Made by a program: the position numbers and the translations under genes
Virus record (IMG/VR): IMGVR_UViG_3300031994_005355
Reading direction: 5' to 3' (one strand)
From: a virus
Lineage: Duplodnaviria > Heunggongvirae > Uroviricota > Caudoviricetes
Length of the DNA stretch: 64,000 bases
The notes under the pieces: generated by a model
Told to the model about the DNA's origin: nothing
What the model saw: only the letters and a program-made list of their open reading frames with translations
Databases searched by the model: none
Part shown: positions 38,975 to 48,182 of the stretch, one piece after another
How the letters are laid out: every line of letters starts with the position of its first letter
Position numbering within the stretch: position 1 is the stretch's first letter

Positions 38975-39799
38975 ATGAAACACAAACTACTTGTTACACT
39001 TCTGATTGCCGCTATGGTGATCACATTTGCTGGAACTCAGATTTCAGCAGAACCTGATGACACTATAGTCATCACACCACCTGAAATAGTGGCACCACCT
39101 GAACCTGTTATTGGTCAGACTAATGTGATGTACAGTACAATCAATGGTGCATTTGCAATTGATGCAAAATTGATACAGTCATTTATGGCTGCTGGAATTG
39201 ATCCTAATTACTCAGTATCACTTGCAGCATTGTACACAAAATTATCACAGGATCCTACCTATACAGAAGATTTAAAGATTGGCTTCCTGGCTCAAGTATT
39301 AGCAGAGGCCCCAGCTGGAATGTATGAGTTACCTGGAACTCCTGGAACATTGTCATACACGCATTGGCATACTTCCACTATAAATGATAGTCAGCGTATA
39401 TTAGCGGGCACTACTATAACTAAGCCTGAAGATATAAGCATGGGTTTGACAATACCAAGCGATGCTCTTATCGGCTGTGGCATGATGCAATGGACTGCTA
39501 CGCGTCGTACGGTATTGTTAAACTACATGACAATGATTGGCATGAATGAGATGCCTTACATATCAATTTATGATGCAGCAATAGCCGAAGCTAACTACTG
39601 TTGGTTAGAGATGCAGAACCCTTACTATAATCGTATAATAGGTTGGAGTCAAGGTAAAGATGTGTATGGTATAACAAAACTCGTATGCCGTGTTTATATC
39701 GGACAATCAAGTGAGTCAGAACAGGAATATAGATGCGCGTTCATTCCTGTTATACAGGATGCTTTAACTTTATATAATTCTACATTGCTTCAGGGTTGA
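38975..39799 (+). CDS. secreted protein, possibly lytic-transglycosylase-like
   Basis: Signal peptide; weak SLT-like GMMQ / IIGWSQG blocks, speculative. Confidence 0.4.
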   Translation: MKHKLLVTLLIAAMVITFAGTQISAEPDDTIVITPPEIVAPPEPVIGQTNVMYSTINGAFAIDAKLIQSFMAAGIDPNYSVSLAALYTKLSQDPTYTEDLKIGFLAQVLAEAPAGMYELPGTPGTLSYTHWHTSTINDSQRILAGTTITKPEDISMGLTIPSDALIGCGMMQWTATRRTVLLNYMTMIGMNEMPYISIYDAAIAEANYCWLEMQNPYYNRIIGWSQGKDVYGITKLVCRVYIGQSSESEQEYRCAFIPVIQDALTLYNSTLLQG

Positions 39800-39812
39800 G
39801 GAGGACACTATA

Positions 39813-40139
39813 ATGAATAGAATAAAATTTTTACTTTGCACAACTTCATGTGCTTTAATGATAACTAATAATGCCATGGCTGCATCAAAAGATGCTCTTA
39901 TATACAAGCACGCAACTTATAAAGGAGTGTCAGCAGATGAAGTCATTGAACTTATAAAAGCAGATAGCCCTAAAGGAATTGTCACTGTTAGTGATAAGGC
40001 ATTGATCACTGATATGGTTAGTAATATTCCGGAAGAAGACTCACAGGATACTGTGCAGGTTATGCATATTCCTGGAGCAACTTATTGGGTTGTCTACAAT
40101 CCTACTTTGAATGTTGCTTATGCATTCAAGACTAACTAA
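39813..40139 (+). CDS. small secreted protein
   Basis: Signal peptide ending AMAAS. Confidence 0.45.
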   Translation: MNRIKFLLCTTSCALMITNNAMAASKDALIYKHATYKGVSADEVIELIKADSPKGIVTVSDKALITDMVSNIPEEDSQDTVQVMHIPGATYWVVYNPTLNVAYAFKTN

Positions 40140-40169
40140 TCACACTTAATCTCGAAAGGAGAACTAAAA

Positions 40170-40853
40170 ATGAAATTTGAATCTATGCGTGTAAAACTTA
40201 CTTTTATTGACGAACTACTTGGAAGTGCTTCATCAGATCCGGAAGTACATAAGACCTTCATCGCATCAAAAGCACCTGATGCACCTAGCAAGGAAGAAGA
40301 GATTGCTGCACTTGGTGTAGACGAAGTAACACAGAAAGGTATGACAGTGTTCTCACGTGATGAAGAAGGTAACCCTATTCTTTGGGGATATCAGATTCGT
40401 GGTTTCTTTAAGGCTGCTTGTGCTGCTTGTGCAAAGATGAATGACTCTATCTCAGTAAATATTAAAGCCTACAAGAAGATGGTTGATCGTGAGATCTTCG
40501 TTGTACCTCATAAAGAAGATATGGCTGGACGTAAACTTAAGATAAACATATCTGGTGAAATGGGTAACTGCCAGCGTCCCTTGAGAGCACAGACAATGCA
40601 GGGTGAACGTATAGCACTTGCTGATTCAGAGACTATTCCTGCTGGTTCCACCATAGAGTTCGATATTGTTTCTATCGAGTCAGGACTTCATGACCTTGTC
40701 AAGGAGTGGCTTGACTATGGTGCGTTTAATGGTCTCGGTCAGTGGCGTAATTCAGGCAAAGGGGCATTCACCTATGAGATACTTGATGATCAGATGACTA
40801 CTAAGTCTCTCAAGAAAAAGAAGACTAAGAAAGAAGAAAGCACAGAAGAATAA
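40170..40853 (+). CDS. hypothetical protein with Lys-rich tail
   Basis: ORF track; AAGGAGAA RBS. Confidence 0.5.
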   Translation: MKFESMRVKLTFIDELLGSASSDPEVHKTFIASKAPDAPSKEEEIAALGVDEVTQKGMTVFSRDEEGNPILWGYQIRGFFKAACAACAKMNDSISVNIKAYKKMVDREIFVVPHKEDMAGRKLKINISGEMGNCQRPLRAQTMQGERIALADSETIPAGSTIEFDIVSIESGLHDLVKEWLDYGAFNGLGQWRNSGKGAFTYEILDDQMTTKSLKKKKTKKEESTEE

Positions 40854-40859
40854 AACTTC

Positions 40860-41500
40860 TGTACATCGACCGTAAGGTTCAAAGTAAAGGTAGAGTGTGG
40901 TGAGACGCCGTTACGCAGAGGTATGGTTGGGAAGAGAAAAGCTAAGGTATAGTAGAGTTTAGTAAAGCTCAGTCTAGTAATGGTACAGCTCGGTGAGGTG
41001 TAGTTTAGCGATGGCATCGCGAGGTGTGGTCCTGTATGGTAATGGCATTGTATGGTATTGTGATGTAGGGTAAAGTAATGGCATGGTGATGTATTGTTCC
41101 GCTATGGTATTGTGCAGTCCGGTTATGTCATGTAGTGGCAAGGTGCGGTCTTGTATGGTAATGGTGCCGTTCAGTACTGTCCAGTCAGGTTACGTCTAGG
41201 TATAGTGTAGCTGAGTCTCGTGATAGTATAGTGTGGTATCGTGATGGCATAGTCATGTCCAGAGTCGTTACGTAACGGAAAGGTATTGTAAGCAAAGTGA
41301 CGTCATGGTAACGTAGCGCCAGGTCCGGTTATGCCCTGCTTTGGTATGGTTGAGAAAAGAAAAGCTAAGCCGAGGCAAAGTAAAGCAACACACAGCAGTG
41401 GTATTGTGACGCAGTGTTTTGCAGAGGTAATGCCTAGTATCGCTAGGTAATGAAACAATGTGGGAAAGTAGTATGCCATGCTTTCCCACATACAAAAAGA
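40860..41500. repeat. C-poor GT/A-rich noncoding island with >20 irregularly spaced ATGG(T/C)A / TGGTA short repeats and longer degenerate repeats
   Basis: No plus-strand ORF (dense TAG/TAA/TGA); repeated ggtatggttgRgaaRagaaaagctaag (40920, 41342) and tcYtgtatggtaatggYRYYg (41028, 41150); ends with 11-bp perfect hairpin atgtgggaaag...ctttcccacat (41458-41492). Confidence 0.5.
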
Positions 41501-41518
41501 AATGGGAGATTGTAGTAA

Positions 41519-41851
41519 ATGAGTCAAGAACAATTAGTACCCATACCTGTAGCACGTAAGGAGTGCTTGTATGGGAGCTCTCCTAGTTTGGAGAATGTAC
41601 TTGAACTATATGACTTCTTTCGTCATCAAGTTTTAATTACTGCTAAAAAGATAGCAAAGAAGTCTGAAGAGATAAAAGGAGATATTCCTAACTCTCAAAA
41701 ACAGACATTGAATATGCAGTTAAAGTTTCTAAAATTCTATGTCAAAAAGAAGGCTAAGATCATGCATCAGTGTCATAGAAGTGTGAATGATATCTATCTA
41801 TCTGAAAGTGATAAGCCATTCAAATTGTTTCAAGATTTAACTACTTCATGA
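41519..41851 (+). CDS. hypothetical protein
   Basis: ORF track. Confidence 0.45.
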   Translation: MSQEQLVPIPVARKECLYGSSPSLENVLELYDFFRHQVLITAKKIAKKSEEIKGDIPNSQKQTLNMQLKFLKFYVKKKAKIMHQCHRSVNDIYLSESDKPFKLFQDLTTS

Positions 41852-41858
41852 TAACTCC

Positions 41859-41876
41859 TAGTTCACAAGAACTAGT
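41859..41876 (+). terminator. intrinsic terminator-like hairpin (ctagttc-acaa-gaactag + T-rich)
   Basis: Read directly. Confidence 0.4.
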
Positions 41877-41963
41877 TGTTATAGTAACCAAACCACGTAT
41901 TGCAACCCTACGGTAATGTACAATATAGTATGTTACCCTAGTGTTGTAAGAAAGGAGAAACAA

Positions 41964-43199
41964 ATGAATTTATCAGAACTATTAAACAATCCACAGTTTG
42001 CAGACCTTCCGGAAGAGAAAGAGGAAAAGAAAGCAAACCACCGTCACACAGACATGAAGCGTCCTGAAGAGGAAGTCAATCTTCTATCTCTTGCTTTAGA
42101 GGACACGGAATATCGTCGTCACACTGCTGACCCTACACCTGACCTCATAGAAGTTAAAAATGGACTTACTCCTGACGAGCTTCCTAAAGCTACTGAGGAC
42201 GCATATCTAGTTTGGTGTGAATGGTCAAGGCAGACATGGTTCTGTCCCACGAAGAAGTGCCTCAATCAAAACTTTATCTATCGAGAAGATCTTCTCATTG
42301 AAAAGACTGACACACAGGAAGCTCTGGAAAACTTCTATCATGATCATGGTGGGATACACAATCCTGGTATCATTTCTACCCGCAAGTGTTACATCCTTGA
42401 CGATCCTGCAAACGAGAGCTACGAGGTCTACTATGATTCAGCGATGCCAAGCCTTAAGTATGGAAAAGCAACACCGAACGGCATGTTTGTTCATTGCTAC
42501 GACAACCGATTCCACAGAGACATGGCAATCCTTGAACTTGATGACCTCTACAGTAACCAGTCATCAAAGAAAGCTGGACGCCTTGTTAGTAGACCATATG
42601 GAGCTGATGAAGCAATCATAGTTTCAGATGGTGCATGGATGAAAGACTCATGCTCAGCTTCTTTTGTCTACCTTGACAATACTCTTGTCATTGATCACAC
42701 AGTTGGCTTCTGTCCTAGTGAACCTGATCAGGCAGTCCTCATCGCTGAGATCACAGGTGCGACTGAAGCTCTCAAGATGTGTGCACAGAACAATAAAACC
42801 AACATCAAATACTACTATGACAACACATCTATACTGAATGTTTTCAAGAATCACAAGACAGAGTATATTCGTGAAATCAAGGAGTACAAAGACTTGCTTG
42901 CAGATATGGACAAGCAGGGTTATAAGATCGAGTTCATCGAGCTTCATCCTAAGACAGGTGAAGAACGTAATAAAGATAACAAAGCTTTAATGTTCTTCCA
43001 TAACAAGTGTGATCAGAACTGTCGCAACATGGCTGACATTTTCACAAAAGACTACCGTGTTTTCGCTACAGACTCTAAGCGTGATGGCTCCACATATGAA
43101 GATGTGAAGAACTCTATGCCTAAGCCGAAAAACAAGAATGTTGGTAACTTCAAAGCTGGAGCACACGGTGGTAACAATAAGTATGGACGAAGATTCTAA
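41964..43199 (+). CDS. RNase H (type 1) domain protein with ~200-aa N-terminal domain of unknown function
   Basis: ATG 41964 after AAAGGAG; IIVSDGAW (D), LIAEITGATEALK (E), YYYDNTSI (D), HNKCDQNCRNMAD (H..D) order as in RNase HI. Confidence 0.65.
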   Translation: MNLSELLNNPQFADLPEEKEEKKANHRHTDMKRPEEEVNLLSLALEDTEYRRHTADPTPDLIEVKNGLTPDELPKATEDAYLVWCEWSRQTWFCPTKKCLNQNFIYREDLLIEKTDTQEALENFYHDHGGIHNPGIISTRKCYILDDPANESYEVYYDSAMPSLKYGKATPNGMFVHCYDNRFHRDMAILELDDLYSNQSSKKAGRLVSRPYGADEAIIVSDGAWMKDSCSASFVYLDNTLVIDHTVGFCPSEPDQAVLIAEITGATEALKMCAQNNKTNIKYYYDNTSILNVFKNHKTEYIREIKEYKDLLADMDKQGYKIEFIELHPKTGEERNKDNKALMFFHNKCDQNCRNMADIFTKDYRVFATDSKRDGSTYEDVKNSMPKPKNKNVGNFKAGAHGGNNKYGRRF

Positions 43200-43226
43200 C
43201 TAACACAAAAGTAAAGGAACATAAAT

Positions 43227-43586
43227 ATGAATAATAAAGTAGTAGAAGAAGGAACAGCATGGTTTGATATAGCAATGCATAACAATTTAATGAGACTTGC
43301 TATTAAAAGAGTGATTGTAAGTAATCACCATACAATAGTATTATGGAATGATAATACAAAAACAATAGTTACTTGTCGTGAAGATGATGAAGATAACTAC
43401 TCAATTGAGACAGCAGTCATGGCAGCATTTCTTAAGAAGATTTTGGGAGCACATGCTTTTCATAAGAAACTTGAGAATGGCTTAAATCGTGTAGTAGTAC
43501 AGGATCAGTTTATTAAAGTAAAGAAACCTGTGACAAGAGATTCTAAAGGTAAGTTTGTAAAGAAAAAGACTACCAAAACAAACTAA
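43227..43586 (+). CDS. hypothetical protein
   Basis: ORF track; AAAGGAAC RBS. Confidence 0.45.
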   Translation: MNNKVVEEGTAWFDIAMHNNLMRLAIKRVIVSNHHTIVLWNDNTKTIVTCREDDEDNYSIETAVMAAFLKKILGAHAFHKKLENGLNRVVVQDQFIKVKKPVTRDSKGKFVKKKTTKTN

Positions 43587-43597
43587 TATTTTACGGA

Positions 43598-43624
43598 TCG
43601 GAGTAGTGTCAAAAGCTACTCCGG
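43598..43624 (+). terminator. terminator-like hairpin cggagtag-tgtcaaaag-ctactccg
   Basis: 8-bp perfect stem after gene stop, short U tract. Confidence 0.4.
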
Positions 43625-43645
43625 TCTTAATATGAAACATAAATA

Positions 43646-43717
43646 ATGCCCCGTAGTCAAGAGGTAAGGCATCGGACTTTGACTCCGTCATTCGCGGGTT
43701 CGAATCCCGCCGGGGTA
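43646..43717 (+). tRNA. tRNA-Gln (anticodon TTG)
   Basis: Acceptor tgccccg/cggggta, anticodon loop ctttgac, T-arm gcggg-ttcgaat-cccgc; resembles bacterial tRNA-Gln. Confidence 0.8.
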
Positions 43718-43737
43718 GTTTATTAAAGGATTAAATC

Positions 43738-45198
43738 ATGACTACATTAAATATTGAGGAACTGCTTTATTCAAATAGTATATGGGAATCAGTACTGGGT
43801 GAAATGTGGGTACGTAAAGTAGAACCTGAAACGGTTGCAAGAATTACTATGTTAGATTATCGCTACGATATTTGTAATAAACTTATTACAGGTAGTTATA
43901 AATTTAATCCACCTAAATTAGTACATATACCGAAAGATGATGGAACACTGCGTGATCTTCTTATTTTAGAGGACCAAGATAGGATAGTCATGCAGGTTCT
44001 ATATAAAATATATTATAGTTTATACAAAAGCAATATTCATTCATCATGTATGAGTTATCAGACTGGAGTATCTGTAAAAGATATTGCTGTACAAATACGT
44101 AACGGACTTAAATCAGAGTTACAGCGTTATAAACTTGATATATCAAAATATTTCGACTCTGTGCCTCAAGATGTAATAAACAGAGAATTGAATAATATGG
44201 ATCCTACATCTGGACCAACAGTATCTCTTTATAATTTCTATAATGATAACCGTATCATTGTGCATGGTAAAGAAGTTGAGCATTTCAAATCATTATGTCA
44301 AGGTTGTTCATTTAGTGCATTACTAGCAAATGTTATACTCTATGATATTGATGAATATTTATCAGCGCACGCTGATATGTATATCCGTTATTCTGACGAT
44401 ATGTACATTCAAGATGCTAATGTTAATGCATTAATTGTTAAAGCAAAAGAGATGCTTGCTCATAAAGGTCTCATACTAAAAGACTCTAAGGTTCAGCAAC
44501 TTGCAACCTCATTTGATTTTGTTGGTGTACATATTTCACCTACTAGACTATCCATAGGTAAAAAAGGATTAAGAAATATATGCAATAATATCAAACAAAA
44601 GTTGAAGAATAAAACTAGTCTTGAAAGAGCAATACGTGCAGTGCAGAGTTATTTATTATCTTCTGATACTAATGGTTATTCAGCACTAAGTTATTGGTTT
44701 AATATTTGTACAAATGTGGATGACATTATAAAGTTGGACAGAATGATTAAAGATGAAATAAGATATCACTTCACCAACAAACATAATATTGTACATAATA
44801 TACATCAGTTACCTAATCAAGCTTTCAAAGAAAGTGGTTGGGTGTCACTTGAATATTTATACAGATTGTACAAACACGATAAGAATGCATATAAAGCATA
44901 TAGTGCTTACATTCTGCATAAGTATATGCTTACACCTAGTAAGATACGTTCGTATATGACAATTGATAAGATATCTAGTGATTTACTCAAATTTTGGGAA
45001 ACAGCAAAATATGCTAAGCATAGTCCATTTATAACGTATGAAAAACCACTAGATGTTGATTTCAATATCTCATCGTATGAAAGTAATACTGCACGAGAAT
45101 ATATGTGTAACATCATTAAAAATGCAACAATTGATTTTGGTGAGGATAAGTTCATAAAAGTAACTGATGAGTTATTTTTATTTAAAGATTGGTTTTGA
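43738..45198 (+). CDS. reverse transcriptase (group II intron/retron/Abi-UG lineage) with thumb-like C-terminal extension
   Basis: RT1-2 LVHIPKDDGTLRDLLILEDQDRIVMQVL, RT3 YKLDISKYFDSV, RT4 QGCSFSALLANVIL, RT5 YIRYSDDMYI, RT6 GLILKDSKV, RT7 FDFVGVHI; ~190 aa after RT7. Confidence 0.85.
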   Translation: MTTLNIEELLYSNSIWESVLGEMWVRKVEPETVARITMLDYRYDICNKLITGSYKFNPPKLVHIPKDDGTLRDLLILEDQDRIVMQVLYKIYYSLYKSNIHSSCMSYQTGVSVKDIAVQIRNGLKSELQRYKLDISKYFDSVPQDVINRELNNMDPTSGPTVSLYNFYNDNRIIVHGKEVEHFKSLCQGCSFSALLANVILYDIDEYLSAHADMYIRYSDDMYIQDANVNALIVKAKEMLAHKGLILKDSKVQQLATSFDFVGVHISPTRLSIGKKGLRNICNNIKQKLKNKTSLERAIRAVQSYLLSSDTNGYSALSYWFNICTNVDDIIKLDRMIKDEIRYHFTNKHNIVHNIHQLPNQAFKESGWVSLEYLYRLYKHDKNAYKAYSAYILHKYMLTPSKIRSYMTIDKISSDLLKFWETAKYAKHSPFITYEKPLDVDFNISSYESNTAREYMCNIIKNATIDFGEDKFIKVTDELFLFKDWF

Positions 45199-45222
45199 TA
45201 ACATAAGTGAAAGGTAAAATAA

Positions 45223-47241
45223 ATGAAAGAACTAGAGTTCGCTACAATAAGATATGCTCGTAATATTTTGCATAAGTACTATCTCACAATAGGTGACCTT
45301 GAAGGTTATTGTCGTACATCATGTACCTATGATACAACTGTTTTAGATTTATATAAGGAAAAGTATGATAAGATTTTAAAAGTAATTCCTAAGGCTTTAC
45401 CTGTAACAGAAGATTCATATACTTTTGAAAAAGAACAAAATATAGTAGAAGCAAGTAGAGCTCAATTTTTAAAAGTAATAAAAAAGGATGTAGCTCAGTA
45501 TGCATTAGATAATGGATATACTGATGTACCAAAAATGGTTAATGACTTAGCTTCAACAATAACTGATGGTGTGTTAAAATCTAAATATAAAGATATGTTA
45601 CCAGACCTTAGTGAATTAGAATCACCACTTATTAAGGCTTGGCTTGCTATACAGATAACTAATAATTCTCCCTACATTTATGTTCCGGTACAAAATGATC
45701 ATGGAAGATTAGTATATGGTCATTTCAAGAATACAGCTTCTAATGGGATATTTGATGATCAGACATTTAAGGATGTAATAAATCCTCATATAACATGTAA
45801 TGCGCATTCAAATAAACCAAGAATTTCGACAAATATAAGAACCATGCGTTATAATCCTTATCTTGTACGTAGATGGTTACCTAATCAGTTTCTTGAAGAA
45901 TTTATGAACATAGAGAATAATAAAGTACTTGGATTTAATGAAAAGTTATTTGAATCGTATAAAGAACTTGGATTTGAGTGGCGTCATTGTAAATCCTATG
46001 ACAAGGATAAGTATTACGTTAAAAGTATGGAAATTAAAGACCACACAAAACCTATTTATTCAAAGTTGTGTATTATAGGTGAATTTATAGGAGCTATAAG
46101 AGATAATTCAAATCTACGTGTTATAAAGAAAATAGATTATAAAGCTTATTCTAAAATACTAGATTACATACATGCATGTGTCTTAGATAATCACCAGGCT
46201 GACACAACAGTGTTAGAAAAATTATTACCAGATGTCGATCTATTTAAATTTATTGCTTTAGATAAAACTCCAGCAATGAAAGAGAGTATAAAAAGTGCTT
46301 ATGAGGTTCTTGAATATTTAGCTATAGATAAATTTGTAGGCTCTTCACGTGATGAAAAAGTGATTAAGGAAGTACGGGATTTTATACAAAGTGTGACATC
46401 TGATACCGAACTTTTACAACGACAACCTAGCGTAGCATTGATAAATGAAAATGATATGTTATCATTCTTTGATCTTCTTTATATGAAGTATGGTAATGGC
46501 TGGGTACAGGTATGTTATCCTGATGTATCACCTGAAGCAAAAGCTAGAAGTATAAGTAGACAGTACGAACGGAGAGCTCGTACCAATTATTTACCTCAGT
46601 ATGTACGTGAGTTACGTAGTAGAAAGTCAAAGAGAGCCTGGTCAAGGTATTTAAGTGCCATTACTAATATAATACAGAATCCTAATTATGTAACTGATAC
46701 GATCGCAGACATTAATGAAATCATTAATAATGCATTATTGAATAATGTTAAATATGCAGTAGACGAAGTAAAAGCTGCAAGTGATGAGTATCCCTATCTA
46801 AAAGAATTATTAGAGAGGAAACAAAATGTATTTAAGTGGCGCATATTCAACGGATTTACATATTATGGTTCTGATGCATATTATCGTATACACAGAGATA
46901 TGGTATTTACAAAGCGTCGTATAAAAGCACAAACACCAAACTGGTACCACATATTCAATAAAAAAGAAGATTTAAAGGTTGCTGAGTATTATACGGAGTT
47001 AGATAATCTTAACACATTTGAAGACTTCTTTAGACGTGGTGCTGTCTATACTGTGATACATTACCGTGTGTCATACAAACACGAGTCCCTTGACACAGTT
47101 TGTCGTGAGGTCACTAAAGCATTTTCAAAAGGTATGAGTGTAGTGGAGATCGAACACGAATTCTTAAACAACGTTGAAGATTGCACGGCTTATTACAATT
47201 ATATGCAAGAAGCACATTTTAATACACTTATAAAGAGATAA
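45223..47241 (+). CDS. 672-aa RT-associated protein containing the shared family module
   Basis: 25-nt gap after RT; aa ~90-160 IKKDVAQYA...IKAWLAIQITNNSPYIY homologous to N-termini of 3814 and 22275 ORFs. Confidence 0.55.
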   Translation: MKELEFATIRYARNILHKYYLTIGDLEGYCRTSCTYDTTVLDLYKEKYDKILKVIPKALPVTEDSYTFEKEQNIVEASRAQFLKVIKKDVAQYALDNGYTDVPKMVNDLASTITDGVLKSKYKDMLPDLSELESPLIKAWLAIQITNNSPYIYVPVQNDHGRLVYGHFKNTASNGIFDDQTFKDVINPHITCNAHSNKPRISTNIRTMRYNPYLVRRWLPNQFLEEFMNIENNKVLGFNEKLFESYKELGFEWRHCKSYDKDKYYVKSMEIKDHTKPIYSKLCIIGEFIGAIRDNSNLRVIKKIDYKAYSKILDYIHACVLDNHQADTTVLEKLLPDVDLFKFIALDKTPAMKESIKSAYEVLEYLAIDKFVGSSRDEKVIKEVRDFIQSVTSDTELLQRQPSVALINENDMLSFFDLLYMKYGNGWVQVCYPDVSPEAKARSISRQYERRARTNYLPQYVRELRSRKSKRAWSRYLSAITNIIQNPNYVTDTIADINEIINNALLNNVKYAVDEVKAASDEYPYLKELLERKQNVFKWRIFNGFTYYGSDAYYRIHRDMVFTKRRIKAQTPNWYHIFNKKEDLKVAEYYTELDNLNTFEDFFRRGAVYTVIHYRVSYKHESLDTVCREVTKAFSKGMSVVEIEHEFLNNVEDCTAYYNYMQEAHFNTLIKR

Positions 47242-47368
47242 ATAACTAAAGCTTTGTCCTAGGCTACACTAACTATGTTTCTTAATCCACAATACAAATC
47301 ACTACGTGATTCGTATTGATCTTAATCGTATTGTAGAAATAGGACAGTTAGAAACCAGGTTAGTGTAT

Positions 47369-47450
47369 GCACCGCTGATGGAATTGGCAGACATGCAAGA
47401 TTTAGGTTCTTGTGCCGGAAGGCGTGTGGGTTCAAGTCCCACGTGGTGCA
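47369..47450 (+). tRNA. tRNA-Leu (anticodon TAG), type II
   Basis: Acceptor gcaccgc/gtggtgc, anticodon stem caaga/tcttg loop tttaggt, variable hairpin gcc-ggaa-ggc, T-arm gtggg-ttcaagt-cccac. Confidence 0.75.
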
Positions 47451-47534
47451 TCGACATTGGTGTGTACACCTCCAGTATAATCCTGTTAACTAATCTTGCA
47501 TCACAAGTACACACCAATGTCATAAAGGAGCATT

Positions 47535-48182
47535 ATGGATATAATGACAATAATATCTTTTCTTACTGCACTGGGTAATACTATGACACACCCTGAGACA
47601 ATAGTAATATGTGGTGGTACTTCTATCGCATTGGAACATGGATTTAGACAATCGACTGAAGATATTGACTGCATAGAGTGCAGTGCTTATACAGCAAAGA
47701 TAGCACATATAATAGCACGACATTACACTTTGCATATAGCATTAAGTAGTCATGTTTGTGTAACTGACTCGTACAGTCCAAAGTTATTGTATTATGCAAC
47801 TACTTATGGTAAGTTTGGAAATCTTACTGTAAAAACAATATGTGGTGTACCATTACTTTGTATGAAGTTAAAGTCATATCGTCAAAATAGTAAAGATAGG
47901 ATTGACTGTGAATTTCTACTCAAAGAAGCAATTACTTATGGAAAGACGTACGACGATGTTCTTACTACGTTCAAAGACATTTATGGTAATGAAGCACTAA
48001 TGCCTATAGCTGCTGAGACAGCTTTACGTAGAGCATTCAACATACAAAATGTTGAAGAGATACAGGATAAACTTTCTAAGTTTTCAAAACTTATCAATGA
48101 TGGTCTTCTTAGTATAAATGACATTCCGGTAGAATATCGTAATCAAATTCTTGAATATACTTTGGAGAAGGCTGATGACTAA
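47535..48182 (+). CDS. nucleotidyltransferase-fold protein
   Basis: ICGGTSIALEHGFRQSTEDIDCIE matches GGxS...DxD NTase motif. Confidence 0.5.
   Translation: MDIMTIISFLTALGNTMTHPETIVICGGTSIALEHGFRQSTEDIDCIECSAYTAKIAHIIARHYTLHIALSSHVCVTDSYSPKLLYYATTYGKFGNLTVKTICGVPLLCMKLKSYRQNSKDRIDCEFLLKEAITYGKTYDDVLTTFKDIYGNEALMPIAAETALRRAFNIQNVEEIQDKLSKFSKLINDGLLSINDIPVEYRNQILEYTLEKADD

Noticed and set aside
43587-45400. Group II intron hypothesis for the RT
   Set aside because: There is no domain V-like hairpin or other ribozyme domains by eye. The RT is flanked 20 nt upstream by a tRNA and downstream by a protein gene. It has no RT0/GIDG and no En domain.
43738-47241. Diversity-generating retroelement (DGR) hypothesis
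   Set aside because: RT motif 4 is QGxxxS (group II/retron type), not the DGR-specific xGxxxSQ. I found no template/variable repeat pair with adenine-specific differences by eye. A formal repeat search would be needed to exclude it fully.
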